64,000 nucleotides of DNA, taken from positions 7,578 through 71,577 of IMG/VR virus record IMGVR_UViG_3300037462_000758, one strand, 5' to 3'. The notes under the pieces are model-generated. The model made no database searches, had not been told where the DNA came from, and saw only the letters and a list, made by a program, of their open reading frames with translations. Every line of letters starts with the position of its first letter. Position 1 is the first letter of the stretch. The stretch comes from a virus. Positions 1 to 9,773 of this stretch are shown here, piece after piece. The position numbers and the translations under genes are program-made.

Positions 1-1164
1 GACGGCTGCGTTATTGCTCGGTCCAATGAAGCGAAGGCGTTGGGAATCCCGATGGGCGCTGCCATGTTCGAGTGGAAGCCGCTTTGTGAGCATTACGGCG
101 TGAAAGTCTTTGCTTCAAACTACGAACTGTACGGCGATATGTCGCAGCGCGTTATGAACACGCTTGCGCGGTTTGTGCCGGACGAATGCCTTGAGGAATA
201 CAGCATAGACGAGGCATTTATGGATTTGAGCCACATCCCCGCAGAAACTCTCCTTGAGAAAACCCGCATCATTCGCGCCCAGATTTTGCGCTGGACAGGT
301 ATTCCGGTCAGCATTGGCATTGCACCGACGAAAACACTCGCAAAAATTGCGAACCGTTTTGCAAAGCGTACTCCGGGTTTGAACGGTATTTTGCCGCTCT
401 TGGATGAAAAAATGATAAGTGCGGCACTCCGCAAAACCGATGTGAGCGACGTTTGGGGCGTTGGGCGACAACTCACCAAAGCATACAACGCAAAGGGAAT
501 ACGGTCAGCATTAGACCTCAGCCAAGCCGATGAACTCTGGATAAAACAGCGCGGCACAATCACCGCATGGCGTACACAACGGGAATTGCGCGGCATTCCA
601 GCGATGACCTTCGACACACAGCCACAGGCGCGAAAGACAATTCTTTGCTCTCGGTCATTCAAAGAAGCGGTACGAGAAAAAACCGTGATACAAGAGGCTC
701 TGGCACTGTATGTGAGCAAGGCTGCGGAGCGTCTGAGGGCGCAGCAATCCTACTGCGGCGTACTGTCGGTCTATCTCAGCACAAGTCGTTTTCACGATGA
801 AGAACACCACTACGCCAACGCTTGCCAAATCACACTTCACGGCGAGACAAGCGCCACGCCAAAACTCATCCGTGCCGCGCAGGAGGCACTTGAGCGGATT
901 TTTGTGGAAGGGTATGCCTACAAGCGTGTCGGGGTAACGCTCTTGGAAATTATTCCCCGTGACCGTTTTCAGGAAGACCTATTTACGCGCCCGACAACCG
1001 ATGACGACAAGCTCAGTTCTCTCATGGACGGCATTAACAAGCGCTTTGGGCGCAATACGGTTCGTATTGCTTCTGCGGGAGGCGCACAAATGCTTTCACC
1101 TTCCGAGCAGCGTTCTAAGCGGTTTACAACGGCGTGGAGTGATTTACAGTTAATAACGACATAA
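1..1164 (+). CDS. umuC: Y-family DNA polymerase V subunit UmuC (5'-truncated by window)
   Basis: Frame open from base 1 (DGCVIARSNEAKALG); SNYELYGDMS, YSIDEAF, DVWGVG; C-terminal QEDLF and S.RFTT.W tail. Confidence 0.93.
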   Translation, partial: DGCVIARSNEAKALGIPMGAAMFEWKPLCEHYGVKVFASNYELYGDMSQRVMNTLARFVPDECLEEYSIDEAFMDLSHIPAETLLEKTRIIRAQILRWTGIPVSIGIAPTKTLAKIANRFAKRTPGLNGILPLLDEKMISAALRKTDVSDVWGVGRQLTKAYNAKGIRSALDLSQADELWIKQRGTITAWRTQRELRGIPAMTFDTQPQARKTILCSRSFKEAVREKTVIQEALALYVSKAAERLRAQQSYCGVLSVYLSTSRFHDEEHHYANACQITLHGETSATPKLIRAAQEALERIFVEGYAYKRVGVTLLEIIPRDRFQEDLFTRPTTDDDKLSSLMDGINKRFGRNTVRIASAGGAQMLSPSEQRSKRFTTAWSDLQLITT

Positions 1165-1200
1165 TAACTAGTAACACATTGCAAACACAATAATTGGAGG

Positions 1201-2142
1201 ATGAATATGCTGAGTATTTTTTCTGACCCAGATTCTTTTCTGCTTATCTTTTTACTGGCGATGATTTTAATTATTGTTCTGTTCGTTATGAGTGTATTGC
1301 TCAAGAATAGCACAAAAACGACGATTGATGAAAAAAGCATTGATAAGTTAATAGATGTAACAAAGTGGTTTGTCGGTTCGGTTGCTTTAATAATTATTAC
1401 GCAAATCATTGACAGAGGAATTAAAGACCGTCAGCAAGGAATAGCAGAGCTTGCGGCATACGATAAATACATTACTACAATTACCAATAACCAGAAAACT
1501 AAAGTAATTGAGCGTAAACTGCTGGCAGACTTTTTTGCTTCTGTAACTGCTTCATCGCAGCTAAAGCGTGGATGGCAGGAATATCGTGATTCTGTGAAAG
1601 TTGAGTATGATGCATTTCAGAATACTTTGAAGGAGAAGGAAAAAAAGCGTGAGGAATTTCTTCTTAGGCAAGAGCGAGGTGATAGCTTGAGTAAATCTGA
1701 GCGAAGAGAATTTGCTATGCTCGGTGGAGAAATTCTCAAGTCGTATCAGCAATTAGAAATCTCCTCAATGACTACTGCCGAAGTTTTAATAAAATTGGAT
1801 GGTATTCTTCGCAAATTTATATTCAATTTGAACGGTAAGAAATCACTGGAAATATCTATAGCAAAGGAATTCTTTTGGGAGTTTGACCAACTCTATTGGA
1901 AAGATTTAGCAATGGTTGGAGACTCTAAAGTTTTATCTTCTATGGAAAAAGTGTACAACGGGTTAAATGAAATAAGAGAGCTTTATCAAAAGGCTTTGCT
2001 TGACAAAAATAAAAAGGATGATTATTTTGAACTTCCACCTTCTCAGAACTACCAAAATGGATTACGCGAACAATATCAAATAGCATTTCAAGCAATGCAA
2101 GAACAGATACAACGAGAAAAAAATTTACGGAAGCTAGAATAA
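1201..2142 (+). CDS. Hypothetical membrane-anchored coiled-coil protein (AT-rich moron)
   Basis: 313-aa ORF, two N-terminal hydrophobic segments, GGAGG upstream. Confidence 0.7.
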   Translation: MNMLSIFSDPDSFLLIFLLAMILIIVLFVMSVLLKNSTKTTIDEKSIDKLIDVTKWFVGSVALIIITQIIDRGIKDRQQGIAELAAYDKYITTITNNQKTKVIERKLLADFFASVTASSQLKRGWQEYRDSVKVEYDAFQNTLKEKEKKREEFLLRQERGDSLSKSERREFAMLGGEILKSYQQLEISSMTTAEVLIKLDGILRKFIFNLNGKKSLEISIAKEFFWEFDQLYWKDLAMVGDSKVLSSMEKVYNGLNEIRELYQKALLDKNKKDDYFELPPSQNYQNGLREQYQIAFQAMQEQIQREKNLRKLE

Positions 2143-2149
2143 CCGCACT

Positions 2150-2584
2150 ATGTCAATACACCTCGCACAACCAGATATTACGCCCATTCGAGGCGATTTG
2201 TATAAACTAGATGCTCAGTACGTTTATACATGGAAGCATCAAGGAGCCGAACGCAGAATCACCGTTCCCTTGGGCTTTGAATATGACGGGGCAAGTATCC
2301 CTCGCATTTTATGGACTCTTGTCAATATTACCCCAGATGGATTACATCGCGCTGCAGCGTTGATACACGATTGGATATACCGCAACAGAGGAAATCTTGG
2401 CGATTCGTACCAAAAATTTTTGGAGGACTCGTGGAAAACAATACCCAACGGCAAATGGGAACGCATACACGCAGACAGGATGTTTGCTAGGTTGCTGCGT
2501 GAGGCAGAAGTTCCAAAATTTCGGCGAAGAATTATGTACCTTGCTGTTCGGCTTCTCGGCTGGTTATCTTGGAAAAACACCTGA
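2150..2584 (+). CDS. DUF1353 family protein
   Basis: VP.GF.YDGASIPR, AALIHDWIY, AD.MF, MY.AVR.G motifs. Confidence 0.85.
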   Translation: MSIHLAQPDITPIRGDLYKLDAQYVYTWKHQGAERRITVPLGFEYDGASIPRILWTLVNITPDGLHRAAALIHDWIYRNRGNLGDSYQKFLEDSWKTIPNGKWERIHADRMFARLLREAEVPKFRRRIMYLAVRLLGWLSWKNT

Positions 2585-2976
2585 CATGAATACAATTCTT
2601 ATGGCAAACACGCCAAGATCGCTTTGAATCTCTGAAAAAAGAGGATAAACTTGATATGTTCAGTCTTGTCCAAAACATTATTGGCTTGTTTTGACACAGT
2701 GTTCTATTTAGGTGCCTCAATTTTAGACGACAACCAAATAAACTTTTTCGCTAATTGCAAAGTCTAACCCGTCCTACTTGAAGTGTTTACCGTAAGTCAT
2801 TCTAAAGTCTTTCAGCCAGATTTTACCTAATTAGCGCTTATAGTCTGTTGAAAAATTGGCATAGATTTTAGAATCATTCTCAGTATAAATCACGACGGTT
2901 GAATCAGCGCAAAGGAATATATGACAAATACTTGTACTCTTTAATTCTGTTTGTTTCATTTGATGCAGGAGTTTTT

Positions 2977-3612
2977 ATGAGTACGCAGAATGGTAGTTCG
3001 GATATAGCTATTACCATCAGTAGAAAGATGCTTGGTTGGACAATAGCTAGTGTGTTGGTTGCTATAGTTGGTATCGTAATTAGTATTCTTTACACGAAAG
3101 AGATTGATGTAAATAATGCTTATCACACTCGAGTAGATCAAATAACTAAAACCAAAGGCGATGCTGATGAATACTTGAATGTTATTCATGTTGCTATTGT
3201 TAATGCCGGATTAATGATTGATTTGCTGGAAAAAAATAATACAGCACAAATCATATTAAAATATCCCGAATATCAACGTAGAAGAGACACTGTGTGGACT
3301 ATTGAAGATAAATGTAAAAACTTTCTTTTTCTTCATTACAAAGATAACGATAGCACATTAACAAAAAATGTAGCTGAATTATCAAGACGAATAAGGAAAC
3401 TTCACGGGCAAGAAATATATCAATTATGTGAAAAATCCAAACAAGCCAGAATAAAGAAATCTGACTTGGAAGGTGCGCATAAGAGTTATCAAAAGATTGT
3501 GTTGTTGTGGCATGAGACACAAAATGAATTAAATGACAGGCACAACAAGCAGATAGAAGCAACAAAAAGTAAATATGAGGCGTACTTGCTTCCTTTCATT
3601 GGCAAATTATAG
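2977..3612 (+). CDS. Hypothetical single-TM protein (AT-rich moron)
   Basis: Long ORF with N-terminal TM helix; ATG at 2977 preferred. Confidence 0.6.
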   Translation: MSTQNGSSDIAITISRKMLGWTIASVLVAIVGIVISILYTKEIDVNNAYHTRVDQITKTKGDADEYLNVIHVAIVNAGLMIDLLEKNNTAQIILKYPEYQRRRDTVWTIEDKCKNFLFLHYKDNDSTLTKNVAELSRRIRKLHGQEIYQLCEKSKQARIKKSDLEGAHKSYQKIVLLWHETQNELNDRHNKQIEATKSKYEAYLLPFIGKL

Positions 3613-3615
3613 CCT

Positions 3616-3651
3616 AAAAAGCCGTAGCTGCATAAAGCTACGGCTCTTTTT
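3616..3651. terminator. Bidirectional intrinsic terminator
   Basis: AAAAAGCCGTAGC-tgcataaa-GCTACGGCTCTTTT between convergent genes. Confidence 0.7.
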
Positions 3652-4273
3652 CGTTTTGAGCCGCTCTCACCTTCCTTACCGTGTTCACACTCACATCCGC
3701 AATTTTCGCTGTTTTGCGGAGCGAATAGCCTTGTTTAAGGTTGCGCACGACTGCCGGGTAATCGGCAAGGAGTTGTTCGTTGGATTTGGTTGTGCCTCTG
3801 GGGCGACCGAGCGTCTTTCCGCGCCTTCTCGCTTGTTCTAAGCCGGAGTTTATACGCTCCACCAATGTTTCCCTCTCCAAGCGCGAAAACTCCGCTAAGA
3901 ACGTAAATAAGAGACTTGCAACAGGGTTTCGTTTACCTTGTGGGGTCAGCGTTTCTAAGCCGTAGTTGTGCGCATAGACCGAAACGCCGTTTTCCGTCAA
4001 TTCCTCCAGCACGTGCAGTACGTCACTTGTCTTGCGTCCAAGCCGCGAAACCTCCGTAACAAGAACTTTCTGAATTGCCTTGCTTGCAGCCAAACGCAAG
4101 AGTTCTTGTAAACCCTCTCGGTCTGCATTACGCTTCGCTCCCGAAACCTTTTCTGCGATGACACGCACGACCTCATACCCCTGCTTTTGTGCATAGGCGG
4201 AGAGGTCGGCAACCTGCCGCTCATAATCTTGGCTTTGCTTGGAGACGCGGACGAAGATAGCGATGGGAATCAT
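3638..4273 (-). CDS. Serine recombinase (resolvase/invertase family)
   Basis: FVRVS, EKVSG, TEVSRLGR, ERINSGL..ARRRGK.LGRP and C-terminal HTH. Confidence 0.93.
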   Translation of the reverse strand: MIPIAIFVRVSKQSQDYERQVADLSAYAQKQGYEVVRVIAEKVSGAKRNADREGLQELLRLAASKAIQKVLVTEVSRLGRKTSDVLHVLEELTENGVSVYAHNYGLETLTPQGKRNPVASLLFTFLAEFSRLERETLVERINSGLEQARRRGKTLGRPRGTTKSNEQLLADYPAVVRNLKQGYSLRKTAKIADVSVNTVRKVRAAQNEKEP

Positions 4274-4971
4274 TGATTTAGAGAAGAATTGTTTGCCACT
4301 TCTAACCCTTGTATTCTAGCGCGGATAGATTCACAAGCTTCATCAATGATGGAAGTAATAGCATCCCTATTTTTCAGCGCTGTATCCCAATATCTTTGAA
4401 AATCTTCACCTGGTCTATCATGCCGAAAGTAGGTACTTTCCAAATGCACTAGCTCCCTCAGTCTCGAAAGCTTATCATAGACTACTTTATCGTAGAATGG
4501 TTTGTTGTACTCCATTTCATCACGAAAAGCATTAAAAGCATCGGCGAATTTGCGCCACTTCTCAAGTTTTATCTCGTCGTTGGTTTTGTCGGCTTGAACA
4601 CTTTCATAAATCGGTCGCAACTGTAGTGTAGCACGTCCAACATCAAACAATTTTTTCCAAAGTTCAATATAAATTTGAAATTCCTTCTCAAACTGAATGC
4701 GGCTTACCAACTTTTTCTGTTCCAACTCAGCCTTATATTTCTCAATTCTTTCAGTAAAGCGGCTTTCTACCTCCTTCACTATCTCTGTTAGCTCTTTCAA
4801 ATCCTGTTTCTGTGCAAAGTTTTCGGCTTTCTTTTCAAAGTATTTTGCGGGAGCAGATTGAATTTGTTTCCAAAGCCAAACCCCATAAACCACGATAGCA
4901 GCAAGTAGAAGTGCAGTAACTGGCGAAAAACCTAGCTCCCCAAGGCTTTTGAAAATGTCTGTTGCGTTCAT
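4270..4971 (-). CDS. Hypothetical TM/coiled-coil protein
   Basis: N-terminal TM followed by helical domain; stop overlaps resolvase start. Confidence 0.65.
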   Translation of the reverse strand: MNATDIFKSLGELGFSPVTALLLAAIVVYGVWLWKQIQSAPAKYFEKKAENFAQKQDLKELTEIVKEVESRFTERIEKYKAELEQKKLVSRIQFEKEFQIYIELWKKLFDVGRATLQLRPIYESVQADKTNDEIKLEKWRKFADAFNAFRDEMEYNKPFYDKVVYDKLSRLRELVHLESTYFRHDRPGEDFQRYWDTALKNRDAITSIIDEACESIRARIQGLEVANNSSLNQ

Positions 4972-5057
4972 AAAAATCACCTGTTTTTCGTGATACACTT
5001 TTGTTCAAAAGAAAGCCCCAAAAATACTAAGTTTTTGAGGCATACTTTGGGGAATGA

Positions 5058-5738
5058 TTATTTTGATACACCGTGCCTTTGGGAAGCATAGATTTCTTGG
5101 AGGGTGTGCAGCGCCTTGGGCGTGTAGCGAATTTTCCCTTTGACAACAGTAAAATCAACCTCAGGCTGTAACTTCGCTGGTATATCGTACTGTTTTCCGT
5201 TTCGGTGTTGGGTTTCCCCCTTGGTGAGCTGTCCGAGTCGCTGCTTGGAAATAGAGATATGATACTTTTCGCTCAACTCTTCGAGTAAATCCGTACCACG
5301 CAAAAGTGTATCGGGAGCCGTAATGTTTTCTTGTGCTTGCCATTGCCTGTTACGCTCGGCAGCACGTGTTTTCTGTTCTTGTGTCAGCTTGTACTCGTGA
5401 TACCACACATCAAACCACTCATACCCATTCTTTTTGCGCCATTGTCGGGCAAAATTCGTAATGTCTGCCTTGCCTTCCACAACACCCTCTACACCTATCA
5501 TCTCATCCAAATCATCCCACCAAACAGAGTGTCCGTTTCGGCGTAAAACGTACTTCTGCCGGTCGGATGAGGTTGCCATTGCTAAACGGGGAAACCACCA
5601 GTACGGGATAGCAATCACGCGACCATCTGTCAGGTGTACGCTAAAAAGTTCCTCTGAAAATGATACCGCTTGAATGAGTACAGAGACATCAAGCATTTTT
5701 GCAATGCTCTTTCCATTGTTCGTTGATGGTTTTGCCAT
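5058..5738 (-). CDS. DUF2442 domain protein fused to winged-helix-like domain (antitoxin-like)
   Basis: VHLTDGR.IAIP..WFPRL..AT..R...W.DLDE.I.VEG motif; downstream of DUF4160 gene. Confidence 0.8.
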   Translation of the reverse strand: MAKPSTNNGKSIAKMLDVSVLIQAVSFSEELFSVHLTDGRVIAIPYWWFPRLAMATSSDRQKYVLRRNGHSVWWDDLDEMIGVEGVVEGKADITNFARQWRKKNGYEWFDVWYHEYKLTQEQKTRAAERNRQWQAQENITAPDTLLRGTDLLEELSEKYHISISKQRLGQLTKGETQHRNGKQYDIPAKLQPEVDFTVVKGKIRYTPKALHTLQEIYASQRHGVSK

Positions 5739-5961
5739 ATTTCTGCAAATGTTTGATGATGGAGTTTAGTTCTTTGGTCGAAAAGGTACTATCGTGTATG
5801 CTCAAGGTTGTAGCGTCAGTAGCGGCATCATACTCAACCCACAGTTTTGCGGTATCGTTGTCATGCTCAACGTGAACGTGCATCTTTTCAGCACAATCGT
5901 AAGAATAGAAAAACACTCTGTATTTTGCTACATTCTTATTCGGAATTTTGATATTGGGCAT
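5689..5961 (-). CDS. DUF4160 domain protein (toxin-like partner)
   Basis: YRVFFYSYD..E.MHVHV....AKLW...I.EQW.EH motif. Confidence 0.8.
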   Translation of the reverse strand: MPNIKIPNKNVAKYRVFFYSYDCAEKMHVHVEHDNDTAKLWVEYDAATDATTLSIHDSTFSTKELNSIIKHLQKYGKTINEQWKEHCKNA

Positions 5962-6057
5962 GACGTTGCAAGGGTGAAGTGTGATGTGATACTTGCACAA
6001 ATATACGCTTTTTCTTTACAAAAGTAAAGTAAAAACATCCGCAGCATTTTTGTTTAA

Positions 6058-6756
6058 TCATGCTGCTTTATGCGTATTCAATAAAAGCGGATGCCCTAAT
6101 TTTGAAGCAATGTTCTGCACAAACTCATCTGACATAGTGCCGCGCATGATGTAGAGTACGCATTGTGTTTCCGCGATACGGCGCTGCATACCACGAGGCA
6201 AGTCACTAAAGCACTTGTCTTCGTAGTTTTTGAGGTATTCCAGACCTATCAATTTGAAATTGCCATGGATAAATTCATCCAAAGCAGTAAGACGGCAGCA
6301 ACCGTCAATGATGTTCCAACGCTCATCGTTTCTGCCGTCAATCCAAAAGACTCCTGCCGGGATCTGCATGAGTAGCGATTCGATGTAGCGCGATTCTTTC
6401 ACTCTGTCCCATTCTGCGCAGGTGTAATTTGGAACGATGTTCAGTAGTTTGTTTTTGATTCGCTCCATGACGAGGTGTACTACACTGGAAACTTGTGAGG
6501 TATAACCAATTTTTGTTGTGTCTGTTACGGTGGGTTCTGTGAGAGTATTCATAACTTGTTCCGCTTGTTGAAGCCGCTCCTCAATAGCCGAAAGCGCCCA
6601 GCAGTGGTATTGCTGTATCTTATTGTCACGGATAATATTCGCAAGATGATGACGCTGTATGCCCAGCATCTGCGCAAGGTCTTCCTGACGAAGGTTGTAT
6701 TTCTTCATCATTGCCTTGATGCGTTCTGGTGTCCAGACGGGAGGAGTGGTGTTCAT
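6058..6756 (-). CDS. XRE-type HTH fused to DUF262-like (ParB/Srx-fold) domain
   Basis: IKAMMKKYNLRQEDLAQMLGI HTH; W....SRYIESLL..IP and IIDGCCRLT (canonical DGQQRLT). Confidence 0.75.
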   Translation of the reverse strand: MNTTPPVWTPERIKAMMKKYNLRQEDLAQMLGIQRHHLANIIRDNKIQQYHCWALSAIEERLQQAEQVMNTLTEPTVTDTTKIGYTSQVSSVVHLVMERIKNKLLNIVPNYTCAEWDRVKESRYIESLLMQIPAGVFWIDGRNDERWNIIDGCCRLTALDEFIHGNFKLIGLEYLKNYEDKCFSDLPRGMQRRIAETQCVLYIMRGTMSDEFVQNIASKLGHPLLLNTHKAA

Positions 6757-6896
6757 AGTGAAAGATGTGTTGATTGTTCAGCAGAAGTAAATACCAAGAG
6801 ATTTTGTATTTTTGTCCTGCTCCTACTTTTTTAGTAGTGTGTAAAAGAGTGCCCTGCTTCGGAGTTCTCAGGCTTGAAGCAGGGCGTATTTTTTTC

Positions 6897-7115
6897 CTAT
6901 GCTCTTGCTTGCCGGATGCAATGACTAGCGATTTGGTCGCGTTCTGCATTCCACAAATTATTATGCTTGCTACACTCTTGTTCAAACAGTATTGTAAACT
7001 TACTGAGATTTACAAAGAATGTGCTTGTTTTTGGCAAAGTTTCCCATACATAGACAAAACGATACATATTCAAATCGTTGTCAAATGTTGCAAGTACAGT
7101 TTCTTGCGTTTCCAT
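6897..7115 (-). CDS. Small hypothetical protein, first gene of leftward operon
   Basis: 72 aa, AGGAG upstream, follows promoter and leader hairpin. Confidence 0.45.
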   Translation of the reverse strand: METQETVLATFDNDLNMYRFVYVWETLPKTSTFFVNLSKFTILFEQECSKHNNLWNAERDQIASHCIRQARA

Positions 7116-7203
7116 ACAAGTCTCTCCTATGATTTGTGTGTGTGCCTCTTGGCGGAGTTTCTCAGGCTTACCGTAAGGCGTTGTTTGTTAATTAACTACA
7201 CTA

Positions 7204-7259
7204 CAAATGTACAAAATTTGTACATTCTATACAAGCAAAAAATACAAAAATTGTACATT
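7204..7259 (-). promoter_or_regulatory. Leftward Bacteroidota-type promoter overlapped by two palindromic operators
   Basis: TACATTTG (TAnnTTTG) on minus strand; AATGTACAAA-A-TTTGTACATT at 7206-7226 and degenerate copy at 7239-7259. Confidence 0.65.
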
Positions 7260-7515
7260 TTTTCTTTGCCACATCAAAAAAAATTCCTATCTTCGGCACA
7301 ATTCTTCTTTTGCAGCAAGAAGTATTATTTTAGGTATGCAGCATAAAGACTACAATTTACCACCCTCCTCTTTTCGACAGACCGCACAGAAACTTGCTTC
7401 GTATGCGTTGTGCTATACTGTTCGTTCCGACCTCACGCCGCAAAAGTGGCGCGAAAAGGTGCGTCCGGTGCTTTGGGGAACAAAAACCATTGTTCCAAAG
7501 CAGCTATGATTTATT

Positions 7516-7740
7516 ATGCCGTCTTCGCAGAACTCCGCACGAGGTAACGGAGAAAAAAAAATTACCACGAGTGCAAAAACGCTTGCAAAAGCGCAAACAG
7601 TTGATTATTTTGGCGAAATGCGTTCTATAAGGAACAAAGTTCGCGGTGCAATGGAAAATGCCGACCTCTCCGACCCGGAGACGGTGGCACTCCTCAAAGC
7701 TACCGCTCGAATGTGGAACGTTCAGATTCCCCACGCCTAA
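7516..7740 (+). CDS. Small hypothetical protein
   Basis: 74-aa ATG ORF preceding head operon. Confidence 0.45.
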   Translation: MPSSQNSARGNGEKKITTSAKTLAKAQTVDYFGEMRSIRNKVRGAMENADLSDPETVALLKATARMWNVQIPHA

Positions 7741-7983
7741 GCATTAACGTAGGCACGGAAAACATACATATCTCCCACGCAGGAAGAAAACAGCACGGGC
7801 GATAACACTCAGCAATTCTGAGCGTTATCGCCTGTTTTCGTTTCTACAAGTTGTTTACTTGAGCCGGCAGCACGGGTGATAGTTCGTGAGCATTGCCCTA
7901 GTTGTAGCAGCGACAAAGAGGCAGTTCGGTGGCGACCATGCTTGCGTTCTATTACTTGTGCTGCATTTTTTTTGATACACATT

Positions 7984-9165
7984 ATGCCAAAGCAAACCCT
8001 TGAACAAGCCCTTGAGCGCTACATTAGCCCTGACGGTGCGCAATCTGCCTCTTTTCTACTCGAAAGAAACGGGCAAGCCGCAGGCATCGGCTCTGTCCGC
8101 GAAATGGAACTGGGCGCAATTCGGCTCATGAACGGCACGACCGTTCTTGACAAAGCCGCCGATACTGCCGCGCTCATGGAGTATGCCGCGAAAGTCAAGG
8201 AAGACAAAACGCTCAGTCAGCATCTTATCAATTACACCATCACGACAGAAGTTCTTGACCGCAGCAACGATATTATCAAGGCTGACGGTGTGATGCTTGA
8301 CCAATACAAACGAAATAACGTGCTGTTTTGGAATCACTGGTCGTGGGGTATGCCTGTCGGAAACGGCTATAATCCAAAACTTGAGAACAAGTCTATCAAC
8401 ATGGACTTTCAGTTTCACGGGATGAACGACAGTGAGACGTGGAGTGAAACCGTTGGTTTACTGTGCCTTGCAAAAGTGATTAAAGCCTGTTCCGTTGGTA
8501 TTATTCCTCTCTCATGGGATGACTTAGATATAGACGACAACACCCGCAAACTCTACCCGACTATCTACCCCTCGTGGAGCAACAAAATTCGCATCTACAA
8601 AAAGAGTGAGATGTACGAATGTTCTCCCTGCTCCGTGCCGATGAATCCTGAAGCCGTGCAAGCCTCGTTTGGCAGCGCCGAGTTTGAGGAAGAAGTCAAA
8701 GCAATGGTTTCTAAAGGTGTTCTTAGCTCAGAAAACCCTTTCCTGACGTTTATAGCCCGTGCAATCTCCCGAACACCAAATATCTTCTCCGGCAATCAAG
8801 AAAAAGCCGGGCGCAAGATTAGCGCCGAAAACCTCAGCAAACTTCAGCAGGCAAGCGACCTTTTGGGTGAAGTTATTGCCAGCGCCGCCAGCGAAGAAGG
8901 TGAGGAAGAAAACAAGTCTCAAAGCGGCTCTCAAGGAGGAAAGACAAATGATAGCGGCATTTCACGCAAACAGTATGACCGCGATATGAACGGCATTACT
9001 GCTTCTCTCGCTGAAATCACAACTACGCTGAAACACCTCACCAGCGACGTAGAAGCCTTGCGTAAAGGCACTTCAGCAGACCCGGAGCCTCCCAAACCGA
9101 ACCCTGCACCCACGCTCACAGAAGCCAAGATGCAGGAGTTGTTGGAAAAGATCAATAAGCAATAA
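7984..9165 (+). CDS. HK97-family prohead protease with C-terminal scaffold-like extension
   Basis: DRSNDII, VLFWNH, CSVGIIP, EMYECS.CSVPMNPEA; AGRKISAEN tail. Confidence 0.85.
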   Translation: MPKQTLEQALERYISPDGAQSASFLLERNGQAAGIGSVREMELGAIRLMNGTTVLDKAADTAALMEYAAKVKEDKTLSQHLINYTITTEVLDRSNDIIKADGVMLDQYKRNNVLFWNHWSWGMPVGNGYNPKLENKSINMDFQFHGMNDSETWSETVGLLCLAKVIKACSVGIIPLSWDDLDIDDNTRKLYPTIYPSWSNKIRIYKKSEMYECSPCSVPMNPEAVQASFGSAEFEEEVKAMVSKGVLSSENPFLTFIARAISRTPNIFSGNQEKAGRKISAENLSKLQQASDLLGEVIASAASEEGEEENKSQSGSQGGKTNDSGISRKQYDRDMNGITASLAEITTTLKHLTSDVEALRKGTSADPEPPKPNPAPTLTEAKMQELLEKINKQ

Positions 9166-9200
9166 TAACAATACAAATTTCTCACTCAACAGGAACAACG

Positions 9201-9722
9201 ATGTCTTCAGTACCCGGTTATACCAATTTGAGTTGATAACTGTGCAAAAAAATCCGGCTTCAGTGGCACAGACATTCTTGTCTGTGCGAGTATTTATGCT
9301 GCTTACAGAGAAAAGCATTGAAAAAATAATGCACAATCCTCAGCGTAAATTGGTATTACACTATTCCCTACGGTAAAATTGTTTCTTACCCCGGCTATGT
9401 GAATTACGACGAAAGCCCAAGCATTACCGTTGGGGTATATGCACCTGAGAGTCATCCGTATCATCAATCTGTCAATCCCTTTATTTATGCGGGGGACCAT
9501 TTAGTTGGCACACCTGATATTGGATGGGTTGCCAACGGCAATCGTGCTGGTGATATTGTGTATTTCGGCATTCAACTACCATTTCAGCAGCCTGATACTA
9601 CACGGCAGTACACCATCAACGCAGAAAAGGGCGAGAGTAGCAGTCATGGCTCTTGGGATTCGGTAGAAATTTTTGTTGTTCGCCCTGACCGTACGAGACC
9701 TTCAGGACCGTATCGCCCCTAA
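9201..9722 (+). pseudogene. Probably frameshifted gene between protease and capsid; intact 3' part 9399-9722
   Basis: ATG 9201 (MSSVPGYTNL) hits stops; protein-like text continues in another frame (VDNCAKKSGFSGTDILVC) then returns to the 9399 frame. Confidence 0.4.
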
Positions 9723-9773
9723 ACAGATAATTATTAAAAATTTACAAAACTTACTTTTCAAAGGACTTTCACA

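Noticed and set aside
3638-4273. Serine recombinase as prophage integrase
   Set aside because: Only 211 aa with HTH tail; lacks the large recombinase and zinc-ribbon domains
6774-7346. 190-aa plus-strand ORF
   Set aside because: Cys/Phe-rich, non-protein-like; spans the promoter, operators and hairpins of the opposite strand
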